Source: Antechinus flavipes (Eukaryota). Taken from it: DNA of 64,000 nt. Shown in pieces: positions 48,590 to 60,600 of this stretch. Under the pieces are notes generated by a model that saw only the letters and a program-made list of their open reading frames with translations, made no database searches and was not told the DNA's origin. The stretch spans positions 7,626,001 through 7,690,000 of the forward strand of contig NC_067401.1 of the NCBI RefSeq assembly GCF_016432865.1, in the 5' to 3' direction. Positions within the stretch are counted from its first letter, which is position 1, and every line of letters starts with the position of its first letter. The position numbers and the translations under genes are program-made.

Positions 48590-49975
48590 CTAACAAGCCA
48601 ACGAGCATTTATTAAGTGCCTACTCTATGCCATGCACTCTGCTAAAAAAAAATTACTTTTGGCTCATGGAGTTTATATTTTAGTGGGGGCAGGGGGTCAC
48701 GGAAAAGCTCTGCTAGAAGGCCAAGCTGTGTGTGTGGATGTCTGGAAAGCCAAAAGGAGAGTGGGGAGAGGGAATGAAGGACTGGGCAAGCATTTATTAA
48801 GCACCTACTCTATGCTTGGTATAGTGCTAAGTGCTAAGAATACAAAGAATTTTTTAAAAAAAGAATTATTCCCTATTTTCGAGAAGTTTCTAGGAAAATA
48901 CAACATGTAATCAAATAAAGAAATACAAAATATACAAAGACAAAAATGTAAATCACTATAAACACAAAACACACAATTATGAAGTGATATCAGCTGGGGA
49001 AGGAAGAGAGGAAATGAAAGGAGAGATCAGAAAAGATTCTTCCAGGACATGGCATCTCAACCGAGTTGTGAAGGAAGGTAGGGATCCAAATAAGTGTCAG
49101 GAGAATTCTGGGTATAGGACCATGTGTGCAAAGGGGAGTCAGATATGGGGAAGAGGTCAGGTTATTGAAATATATGACAGAGAGAAATGTGGGGGATGAA
49201 TGGGATGGCTAAAGTGGCATAATGGATCAAGATACAGCTTGGAGAAGAACTGAGTTCAGATTCATACGTCCTTGCTGTGTGATTGTGGGCAAGTCACTTC
49301 ACTCTGTTTACCTCAGTTTCCTCAGCTGTAAAATGAGCTGGGGAAGGAAATGGCAAACCTCTCCACTGTCAAGAAAATTCCAAATGGGGTCATGAAGAAT
49401 AAAATGTGACTAAAGCAGAGCAGCGTTTAGATTGGAGTATGGAGATGGATTGGGGGAAGAAGAGACTTGAAGCCGGGAAACCAATCATTTTGATAGCCTG
49501 GGAATGCCCCAAATTCATCAAACATTCACTCAGACACACGTTCTTTGGGCTCCTCTCTGCGCAGGGCGTTGTGCTCCGTGCTGCTGGAGATTCCGAGAAC
49601 AGGAAGACTTGCCCTGTCTGCAAGAGACCGGGATGACAGGAAACTCAGTGGTTGAAGGATCTGAGGGGATTTAGGCTGGAGAAGGAAACACTCAGAGGGT
49701 CTCCAGGGCAGTGTTGGAGAAGTCTCTCTCCCATGGAGGCCAGATTGGGCCAGCTCCACCTGGCTCTCAGAGCTAGGGGGAGAAGTTTCAGAGAGGGAAG
49801 TTTAACCTTAAAATATGTCTTTAAAATAAAGAAAAACTTCCCAACCTGCAGATGGGCTAAAGTGGAGAGGGCACCCCTGGAGGCAGGAGATGCTTATGGA
49901 TGCTTTAGAAAGAAGCATTTATTAAGCACCTACTATGTGCCAGGCACTGGGCTAAGCACTGGGGATACAAAAAAA
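48590..49975 (-). mobile_element. Cluster of antisense L2 3' tails with an inserted MAR1
   Basis: Three copies of the L2 terminus agcatttattaagYRcctactMtRYg at about 48605, 48790 and 49915. Further copies at about 12345, 21945, 24375, 26345, 53335 and 58380. Confidence 0.7.
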
Positions 49976-50199
49976 TAAAATCTATAAACATAATCCATGC
50001 TATAAGATGTTCACATTAGCATGCAAACAACCAAACAAATAAGGCATATTGTGGAACCCTTCATTTCTCATACTGTGGCTAGGAGTATTTACCAACCTAA
50101 AGTGATTTGTTTTAAAATTAGAGACACAAGGTACTGGTTAATCTGGTTTTTTAACCAGAGACATAAATGGCATCTTGTCAATAGGGATCATATGTTTTC

Positions 50200-50825
50200 T
50201 TCTTTTTTATTATAGCTTTTTATTGACAAGTTATATGCATGGGTAATTTTATAGCATTGATAATTGCAAAACCTTTTGTTTCAACTTTTCCCCTTCTCCC
50301 CCCCCCCTTCCCCCAGATGGCAGGTTGACCAATACATGTTAAATATGTTAGAGTATAAGTTAAATACAATATAAGTATACATGTCCAAACAGTTATTTTG
50401 CTGTACAAAAAGAATCAGACTCTGAAATAGTGTACAATGAGTCTGTGAAGGAAATCCAAAATGCAGGTGGACAAAAATAGAGGGATTGGGAATTCTATGT
50501 ATTGGTTCCTAGTCATCTCCCAGAGTTCTTTCACTGGGTGTAGCTGGTTCAGTTCATTACTGCTCCATTAGAACTGATTTGGTTCCTCTCATCGTTGAAA
50601 AGGGTCACATCCATCAGAATTGATCATCATATAGTATTTTTGTTGACATATATAACGATCCCCTGATTCTGCTCACTTCCCTCAGCATCAGTTCCTGTCA
50701 GTCTCTCCAATCCTCTCTGAAATCATCCTGCTGGTCGTTTTTTACAGAACAATAATATTCCATAATATTCATATACTGCAATTTATTCAGCCATTCTCCA
50801 ATTGATGGGCATCCACTCAGTTTCC
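50200..50825 (-). mobile_element. Young 5'-truncated marsupial L1 (second 3'UTR type) with TSD
   Basis: L1 3'UTR plus ORF2 end. 17-bp TSD agggatcatatgttttc (50183-50199) versus agggatcatatattttc (50826-50842), followed by aaaaaa, giving an L1-endonuclease-like TTTC/AA site. Confidence 0.87.
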
Positions 50826-51281
50826 AGGGATCATATATTTTCAAAAAATGATTTAGCATCTTCATTTAGGAGAGGGGTGGGGCTAGGGATATGGAATACT
50901 GCATATGTTTTCCTGCGGGGGCCATATATGGATTTGGTTTTTATAGTTTTTCCTTTTGTTTTTATTCTTATATACAAGGAGCAGCCACTAGGGAGCCATG
51001 GGGAAGGAATGTATTTGGAAATGTAAGTGACATTAAAACAAACCCAAAAAATCAATAAAAGGATTTTCAAATGACTCATTTAAGCAGAAATGGCAAGTTT
51101 AAATGGAGGCAATGGTGTGGTAAATCCCCCTCTCCCTCCCTGTTCCTCATGATTCATACCAGCTACTCTTCTGGTGCTGAGCAACAAAATAGCATTAATC
51201 AGAGACTCTCAGATATAAATTAATGGAACCTCATTCTGAGTCCACTTTAACCCTATTCTGACTGGAAAAACCTTCTCATAT

Positions 51282-51285
<4 letters not shown>

Positions 51286-51332
<47 letters not shown>

Positions 51333-51430
51333 CTGTCTCTCTCTGTCTCTCTCTGTGTGTCTGTTTCTCTCTCTCTCTGATTGTTTCTCTCTCTCTCTCT
51401 GATTGTTTCTCTCTCTCTCTCTCTCCTTCC
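51286..51430. repeat. (TC)n microsatellite with imperfect extension
   Basis: About 20 perfect TC units at 51286-51325, then interrupted TC/TG repeats. Confidence 0.95.
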
Positions 51431-52304
51431 CTCCCTCCTCCCCCGCTTCTATGTTTGTCTCTTTTTTTTCTCTCTCTCATATATACACACATATATATAT
51501 AAGCTCTTAGTAATTGTTATTCAGTTGTTTTACTCATGTCCAACTCTTTTTAAACTTATTTGGGCTCTTCTTGCCAGGGATACTGGCCTGGTTGCCATTT
51601 CCTTCTCTAGTTCATTTATGAGAAAACAGAAAAATAGGGTGAAGTGACTTGCCCAAGATATTCCTGACTCATAGTATTCACTATGGTGCCCCCCTAGCTG
51701 CCCCAGGCTTTTGCTTAAAGACCTTCATTGAAGGAGACCCACTTTTCAAAAACTTTCTTGGGGTCAGACCAGAGAATTAGACCTTTTTTCCTTACGTTAA
51801 GTTACAAATCTTAGCCAATCTGAGAGGTGTGAAGTGGTGCCTCAGAGTTGTCTTAATTTGTATTTCTCTAATCTGTAGTAATTTAGAGCATTTTTTGTAT
51901 GACTAGAAATGTTTTTAATTTCTTTGGGGACTCCTTTTTTAAAGGATTTTTAAATTTATAAAGTAAAATGCAAATCTTCACAAAGGAAAATTTGTTGAAA
52001 TATAGTTATCAAAATATTTTTAGCAAAAATCCCTAAAAAGCAGTTTCCTAAGGCCCACACTCAAAATCACATAGATCTATTCTCTGAGACTGACTCTGTC
52101 CATAGGTTATACCACACTGCCTCTCCTTATTTTTTAAATTTATTTTTATTTACCAATCATGCTGATTGGTCTTCATCTCCAAGAAATCCAAATAAGTGGT
52201 TCCCACCCCCTTCACTGGGATAGATGACTCAGAGTAGTTGGTACCATACAACCCTGGCTTTGGATCCAAAGGACCCGGGTACAAATCTATACTCTTCCAC
52301 TTGG

Positions 52305-52788
52305 TGTGAATCCCATCCAGCTCCTTTGTCAGCTCTGATTCCCTCAGTTTCCCAAGAATGATTAATTAGCATAACCTTAACTGGAACTTAACTGTCTTGC
52401 TGCCATAGTTAAGGCAGCCGTAATGTGTCCAGACTACCTTGTTAGCATCCTTAAGATAAATTTGATGGGAACTGGACTATCTTTTTAAGTCAGTCTCAAC
52501 ATCTCAACATATATCCTTGTTCTCACCTTTGTTTTTCTCTCCTCCCCTGAGACTTTCCCAGTTAGGGTGGGAAACTTCTTATATTTCCCCTATAAAAGAT
52601 TCACTCATGATGTAGGTCTTTGTTAACTCCTTTTCAGGATTAAGCTCACTATGAGGTACTCTCCCTCCTCATGACATCTTCCCTTTAATGACTTCTTCCT
52701 CCTAGTTAACTATGAGTTCCATGAGAGAACTTTCCCCTTATTAATTGTTAAAAACTCTTTCCTTGCTAACTCCTGTGTGCTATTCACA
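52305..52788 (+). mobile_element. Probable solo LTR (484 bp)
   Basis: Begins TGTGAAT and ends ATTCACA (7-bp terminal inverted repeat, TG...CA). Internal TATA-like cccctataaaag near 52588-52599. No clear TSD found. Confidence 0.55.
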
Positions 52789-53319
52789 TCATAAATAGCA
52801 AAACTTTGTAATGTAGGGTGGATGTTTTGTCACGGTTGCTCCATGTGGCTAACTTTTATATAATATTCTCATAAAATCTATTGCTCTCCCAAATCTATTT
52901 CTATTTACCGCACCTGGTGCCTGTTTTACCTTTTCACACTGACTTGTTGTACAAAGTCACACGGCAAGTCAGCTGGAGATTTGGCATTGGCAGTGAGGTT
53001 TCAGATCCCCCTCTGGACTCACATCCAGATTCAGATCCGGGATCTGGAATCCCTCTCTGTAACATGGGATTAACACTCTCAACCTCACTGGATTGTCTGG
53101 ATCAAATGAGATGATACGTGCAAAGTGCTTAAAAAGCCCACGACCCCCCATGAATGTGACTGTTGTGACAGCGACCCGCCAGTTAAACTTTCCTGGTATC
53201 AATCTGAGGGATAAATTGGCCTGGTTTCCCATATTGGTGAGGATTTGAGAGAAGCTGTAAATATTTTTAAAGTTTTCTGGGCTTCCTTCTGTGTCTCTTG
53301 TTGAATCTTTTTATGAGCT

Positions 53320-54620
53320 TCCAACAAGCGTTTATGAAGCAAATATTTTGTCTTGGACGCTGTGCTGGGTATTGGGTTACAAAGACAAAAAGGGAAAAGA
53401 GCCTTGCCCTCAATGAGCTTACATTCTACTGCGGGGGAACCACACTGAAATAGATGCAAAGGCCTTTCTGGGGAACAAACATAAATAGATACAAAGGACA
53501 TAAAGGACTTTCTGGGAAGCAAATAGTGAAATAGATATAAAGTATTTTCTGGGGAGCAAATAGTGAAATGGATACAAAGGATTTAAAAGACTTTCTGGGA
53601 AGCAAACAGTGAATTAGATACAAAGGACTTTCTGGGGAGCAAATAGTAAAATGGATACAAAGGATTTAAAGGACTTTCTGGGGAGCAAATAGTGAAATAG
53701 ATATAAAGTATTTTCTGGGGAGCAAATAGTGAAATGGATACAAAGGATTTAAAAGGCTTTCTGGGAAGCAAACAGTGAAATAGATACAAAGGACTTTCTG
53801 GGGAGCAAATAGTAAAATGGATACAAAGGATTTAAAGGACTTTCTGGGAAGCAAACAGTGAAATAGATACAAAGGACTTTCTGGGGAGCAAATAGTAAAA
53901 TGGATACAAAGGATTTAAAGAACTTTCTGGGGAGCAAATAGTGAAATAGATATAAAGTATTTTCTGGGGAGCAAATAGTAAAATGGATACAAAGGACTTA
54001 AAGGACTTTCTGGGGAGCAAATAGTAAAATGGATACAAAGGACTTAAAGGACTTTCTGGAGAGCAAATAGTTAAATAGATACAAAGGACTTTCTGAGGAG
54101 TGAACACCAATAAGTTGGGGTCAAGAAAAGCCTTTTACAGAAACTGAACTCAGAATCCAGCTAAGGATCCTATGTGGTATGAGGGAAGAGAGAGAAAATT
54201 CAGGATGGGGTCTACTCTGTGCAAAGGCAGGAGATGGGATGGCTTCTGCAGGGAAGACCGATTGACTGCTCTGTCTGTAACAGGGAACGCGACAGGAAGC
54301 AGCAAGAAATCAGGCTGCAGCCAGAAGGCAAGAAGTTTGAAATGCTAAATTCAGGACTTTGAAATTTCTCCTGGCAGTACTAGGGAGCCGTTGACGTTTC
54401 TTGAGCTGAAGAATGACAGTCATACTTGTGCTTTAGGAATAATATTTTGGCACATGAGTGAAGGATAGATCGTGGAGGGGAGAGCAATGAGACTGGAGAC
54501 CATGAGGAGGTCCTAGCAAGAAGCCAGGTGAAAGGTGAGAAAAGTAGCCGATGAGAGGGGATGATTAAGAGAAATATGGTGGAGATAGACATGGCAGGAT
54601 GGCTCACAAGACCACTTGTT
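53320..54620 (-). mobile_element. Antisense L2 3' region interrupted by a minisatellite
   Basis: L2 terminus (caacaagcgtttatgaagc...gccctcaatgagcttacattcta) lies before the array. L2-like sequence (ctagggagccgttgacgtttcttgagc...gctttaggaataat) resumes after it. Confidence 0.65.
53445..54098. repeat. Minisatellite with 37-bp and 46-bp units, mostly alternating (83-bp dimer), about 16 units
   Basis: Unit tttctggggagcaaatagtgaaatagatacaaaggac, with or without an extra atttaaagg. The ORF track shows the 83-bp periodicity (53583, 53666, 53749, 53832). Confidence 0.95.
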
Positions 54621-57209
54621 AGACAAAACAAAGATTCTCACTCAGGACCCTCCATTTCCGAAGGCCCTGAAAAGAGCCAGAAGGGGCTGTTTATGGACAG
54701 GGTAAACATCCTGGGCTGCCGTGTCCGCAGAGATGGAAGGGCGGCTCACTGCCGTCGCCCGGCACTCAGAGGAGGTGCCGCTGATAAATGAGCCGACCGA
54801 CTCCCGCTGGCTCCGGGTCCATTTAATGCAGACCAGGCTCCCCCACGGAGGGTTTAAACATGGGCGATGGCCAAGAGCAGCAGGAATCGGGCAAGGGAAT
54901 AACTGACATCTCGGGCTCACGTGCTCCCAACTCGGTGCCTTCCCCGGCCATCCAGGAGAGAAAAAGCCCCTAAGGGAAGGAGCTCCCAGCTTTCTTCCTC
55001 CTCCTTCTCCCCAAGTTCAGTCCTCTTGAGTGAGCTCCGGTCCTAGGATAGAGCAAACAGGGCCTTAGCCCAGGGCGCTGCCATGAGGAAAATGAGGCTG
55101 GGAAGGGAGAGTGGGGCAGAGTTATTGGGGCTGGCCTTTCTCATCAACACATTTGGGCCCAGCCCAGCAGCTTGGCCGGGCCTTCTTCCCCACCCTTTTT
55201 GGGCCACCCTTCCGATCCCCTAGAGCTGGGATTCTCCCCTTCTTGGTGACATGGACTCCTTTGGCCGTCCGGTGAGCATTGGGCCCCTTCTTCTGATAAT
55301 GTTTTTAAGTGCAAGGAATATAATACAGAATATTACAGACTATTGCAAAGGGAATCAATTCCACTGAAATACAAGTATCAGAATATTTCTAAGCCATTTC
55401 ACAGACAGGTCAGGAAGCCCTGATCATGGGAGCTCTCCTCTCAGGCAGGCAGGCAGCCCCCTTCTGGCACAGAGGCACCCCCGGGGGCTACTGTTCCCTG
55501 CCCCAGGCCAGGCTCCTGGGCTGTAAACCTTCTTCCTCACAGCCTGGCAATTCTCACCAGCTGAAGGATTCCAGAGCTCGGCCTGAGCTGACCTACCCTC
55601 ACAGGACTATGGCTGTAGAGTGGGAAGGACCTTCGAGGTCCTCAATCTGGACCCTTATTTTACAGATGAGGGGCCTGAGACCCAGCGAGGTCAGTCAGCT
55701 TGTCCCAGTGAAGCTGGGACTCGAACTTAGGTTCTCAGAGTCGGCCCCAGCCCCTGGTGGGGCTGAATATCTCAGTGCAGCAGCGGCTAGCCAAAGGACT
55801 GTTCTTTAAGTTCTTTAAGCCTTTGTCCTGGTCTTTAACTCCCCCCCCCAAACTCAATGAAAACCCTGCGTTTGTGACTGGAACATTCCCAGGGCTCAGC
55901 GGACGCTCCGGTGGGAAGGCTTCTCCCTGCCCAGCTCCCCCCTTCCTCTGGTCTTACCTCACCCTTCCTGGCCCCCTCCTGTCAGACTGGACTCCGGGCC
56001 CAGAATCCTAAGAATGTTCCTTCAGCTCGGGGGGAACTTGGCCGGGCTGCTCCCTCACAGAGAGCCAAGCCTACGGCCTTCTCCTTCGCTCGAATGGTTC
56101 ATTTCAAAGTGAAGGGCTGGGAGACTGGACCGACTCATTATCCCCCAGAACGCTTCTGGAGAAGGAGAATAACAGTCTTGTCTAATAAGCCCTGTTTACC
56201 TGCCCTGGGGAGGCCACGAGGCAGAAAGGAGCCCCTGGCCTCGGGAGCTTCCCTTCTCCAGGGGATGCAACGTGGAAGTGCCCACTGGAGGAGGAGGGCA
56301 CGCACTGGGTGACCCCCGAGCCGAGCCCTGGGGACAGATCCACAAGTGGAAATAGGAGAGAGCTCCAGGAACAGCCAGATCAGGGCCTTTGCGGAGGCGT
56401 GAGGACAGGAAGCCAAGGGCCACGCGCAGAGAACTCAGCCAATTTGGCTGAAAACATGGAGCTGGTGCCCGGAGGTGAGGGAGAACGTGCCCTTCTTAAG
56501 GGTCTGCAAAGGGAGGCCGGAACCGGACCGTGGCAGGCTCGAAAAGCCAAGCCGAGGAATTCATTTCTCCTGGAGAAAACGTGGTCCGAGCTGGGATTTA
56601 GCGAGGGGCTGTGGCAGCTGTGTGGGGGAGGAATTGGAGAGAGCGGGGACTGGAGGCAGGGAGGCCACGAGGAGGCTACTGAGATGGTCCAGGGGAGACC
56701 TGGATGCGTGTTGGGAGAAAGAAATAGAAGAGAGAGCATATTGAGAAGGGAGAACCAGCAGGACGTGCCCATTGGTTGGCTTTGGATCAGAGCGGTCAAT
56801 TCTACAGAGTCCTGGTCGACATTTTGGAAAAGTTGGTCCCTGGAGTCCAACTTGCCCGCTTGAGTTTCTCAGGACATCAGCCGGCCCCTCAAACCTCCCC
56901 TCCCGGAGGCCTGAGGTCCAAGAACCAAGGCTGCTTGTCACGACCGGTCATTGTCCCCAAGTAACACAGTCTTCCCTCGGCCTGCCCTCTTAGTGTCCAG
57001 AACAAGTCTTGGTCAGATGAGGTAAAGATCTGGCCTCTGACAAATTGAAAACATATTGGGTCAGATCGCCACCACACAAAGAGACGAGGATGCTTGATTA
57101 ACCGTTTCAGTTCAGAAATCCAGACAAAACAGGATTCCCAAGAACAAATCCCCCACTCTGGCGTTCTGGTTGTCTCAAAATACTTTGTATTTACCTGATG
57201 GCAACGTCC

Positions 57210-57618
57210 TTATGAAGTGCCTACTACGTGCAATCACCAATTGGCATTCAGTCACATTTCTCAAGCATTTGAAAGGTCTTGTGAAGCGCCTGTTATGTGC
57301 AAGCACCGAGTGACATTCAGTCACATTTCTCAAACATTTAAAAGGCCTTATGAAGCACCCACTATGTGCAAGAACTGATTGACATTGTCATATTTCTCAA
57401 ACATTTAAAAGGCCTTATGAAGCACCTACTATGTGCGACTACTGATTGACATTCAGTCACATTTCTCAAGCATTTGAAATGTCTTATGAAGCGCCTACTA
57501 TGTGTAAGCACCAATTGACATTTAGTTGCATTTCTCAAACATTTGAAAAGTCTTATGAAGTGCCTACTATGTGCAAGCACTGATTGACATTCAGTCTCAT
57601 TTCTCAAGCATTTAAAAG
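57210..57618. repeat. Six-copy 69-bp tandem repeat
   Basis: Unit starts at 57210, 57279, 57348, 57415, 57484 and 57553. Unit ttatgaagcgcctactatgtgcaagcactgattgacattcagtcacatttctcaagcatttgaaaggtc. Confidence 0.93.
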
Positions 57619-60600
57619 GGAAAGGTAGGGTAGTGGCTGGAGAGCCAGGAAATCCAAGAAAGCCGAACCCAATTTGCCTCTGGCCCATTCTGACTCTGGG
57701 CAGACTTCAGTGCCCTCTCTGGGCACTTCTGAGTCTTTCAGGTACAGAGAAGAGCCACCTGCACTTCAGGAGAGAGATTTCTTTTTCTGGATGTTCCCTA
57801 TGCCATAAAATCCAAGATCTAATCCCACACCCGGAGTCCATTGCGGGTCTGACATTTTAAAGGTAGACGTCTCTATCAACACAATAGAAGTTATTTTGGG
57901 ATCCTTACATCCAGCACTTGTTACATGGGATCATGGGAGCAAGAGCTGGAAGGGACCTTAGAGGTCATTTCTTCCCACCCCTCACTCCCCCCCCCCTTTT
58001 TTTTTTTTTTTTACAATTTCAGGAAATTGAACCTCAGAGTTTCTAAGTGACTTGTCTTATCATCCTAGATTTAAAGCTGAAAGAGATTTAAGTTGGATCC
58101 AACTCTCTCATTTACAGATGAGGAAACTGAGTCTGAGACTGATTAAATGATTTGCTCAGGGTCACATAAATAAGTACCCAAGGCAGAATTAGAATCTAGA
58201 CTTCCTGACCCAAAATCCAGTCATGCCATACAGCCTCTCTTATAGGGACCTTAAAATGCTGGGTGATTGAGGGACGGCATTTTCCTGGCAACCAGAGAAC
58301 ACCAGAGAAGCCACTATCCTTCACTCCCTTTACGTGATCGGCCCTCTTCTTTGTCACACAATTAATCACACAAGCAACAAGCATTTATTAGGCACCTACT
58401 GTTGCTCCTCAAACATTTCTGATTTGGCCGACTTTTTTCTGAACTTCTTGAAGTTCTCAGACTGTAATATGCTGCAAGTAATATACTTAGAGTTACAAAA
58501 CCCTTTCCTTCTCCCACGATCTTGCAAGGGAGCTTGCAAAAGGATACTTAGCCCCATTTTACAGATAGAAAAGTGAGAGAGGGGAAGTGACTTCCTCAGA
58601 ATCCCACAGCTAATCAGTGTCTGTGATGGGATTTGAACTCAGCTCTCTCGGCCTCCAGCCCAGCACTGTGTGCCATACTTCCCGGATCCACGTGGAATTA
58701 ATTAACCACCGATTGCCTGACTCATGGCAGCAGCCGAGGCCCGGGGACACAGTGACCAAGGCCTTTGTGTTTGGGGCCTTTTCCTTTCCTGAGACCGAGA
58801 GGAAGTTCTCTCAGCCATACTCTTTGGGGACATTCCGAACGATTTTGCTCTGGGGCCAAGGGTGGAAAGTTTCAGCCAAAAAAGGACAATTTTCATAGAC
58901 TGAGGAGCAACCAAAACAACTGGATTAAAGCAAGAAAGATTCCTCCTCCTAATTAGCCCCCGTACTCCAGCGGAGCACGCTCGTCCCCAGTGCAGGGCCC
59001 AGGAGGTGACCCACGTGTCTAGGTCTCTCTCCAAGGAGCCAAGGGGGACTCCCGGAAGGGAGCAGTTCCCAAAATTCAGGTCTTCGCTAACAGGGAGAGT
59101 CTTCACCTATCAAGGTCCCCAGATTTATTGCCATTTCCAGCTGTCACCGTGGTATAAATAAATGGAACGAAGGGAGCGGCCAGCCTCCCAGCGGAAGGTT
59201 ATTTTGGGGCACTGGCGGCACCGAGAGCCACAGAACAGATCTCGCCGTGTGGGGCCCAGAATAGCCCATGGAAAGTTCAGCCCAGCCCGTGGTCCCTGCG
59301 AGGACAGGAGGTACTGGGATTCACCAGTGTCAAGGACAGCCCACATCCTCTTCGAGGATTCGGAGACTTGGCGGCCGGAGAGCTCCCGAGACTACGAGGC
59401 TTCCTCCTGAAGAATTCCGTGTTCTCTTCCATCTAAGTCAAGGGTTGCATTGATTTTTTTTTCCAAGAAAAAGCACGTATCTGTTGCTGTATCTTCATCA
59501 CTCCCAGAACAACCATTGCATAAGACCGGAGAGAGAAATTCTTGGTGTTGGGGGAAGGAGGTGGGGTCAGGGGGGCAGAGAGGAGGGAGGGAGGGAGGGC
59601 GAGACAAAAGACTTGGGCTTGAATTTTATTTTGTTCACTAATAACCCAATGACTTAAATAGGATCGAAGTTTGGGGGGACCTCAGAGGCCATTTTATAGA
59701 TTAGGAAACTGAGGCTCACGGTGGTTAGTTGGATCATCGATCAGGAACTGGAAGGGAATTAAGAGGCCCCTGTAGTCCAATTCACTCCATCTTACATATG
59801 AAGCAGCTGAGTCCTGTGGGAGTTTAAGTAATTTACTCAAGATCATAGAGATAGAAGGAGAGTTGGGACTTAAACCCAAGTCTCCTTCCTCCTAACCTAA
59901 TACTTTATCGACTGCACATCCCTTCTGGTCTCCCCTTCCTCGTCTCTGCAGGATGGGGCTAACGAGACTTTTATTATCTCTTTCCAGGGTTATTCTGAGG
60001 GAGATACAACACCTCAGCCCCCGACACTCACCCTCTGGTCCAGTGTCTCCGGCCTCCTGGCCGTCCCACAGACAAGACCCTCAATCTCCGAGCTCCCGCA
60101 GTTTTCCCTGCCATACTCTTCCTCCTCCTCTCTGACCCCTGATATCCCCGACTTCCTTCAAGTCCCCCCAAATCCCCCCTCCCTCCTCTAATTCATCGAT
60201 AAACCGTTCTCTGCAGTTGGGAAGCTTCTAATTTGGGATCCAGGAATAGATTTCAAGTGGACAAGGGGTTCCTCCCTCCCTGGCCCTCCTGCTCACACAT
60301 GGCAAGGAGAGCTGAGGGTCTCAGCCGGACTAGAGGCCAGCGGGAGGGGAGCAAGGAGGATGTGTTACTGTCCCCAGAAAGCTTGGTGTCCAACAGCATA
60401 CAAGGGGCGGGGGCACAAAGTCCAAAAGTGACTCCGAATCTGGGAGGCTGGGAGGATGCCGGGGCCCTCCAGAGAAAGAGGGGACTCTGGGGGGAGGGAG
60501 AGGGAGTTGTTGCAATGGAAGTGCCGATAGAGCCCTGTGACTCTTCCTGTTTAAGTGTGGGGGGACTTCATATGAGCAGAAATGTTCTAGGGAGCAGCAA

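Noticed and set aside
59153-59162. TATAAATAAA as an internal TATA box or polyA signal
   Set aside because: Ambiguous single motif with no supporting exon structure.
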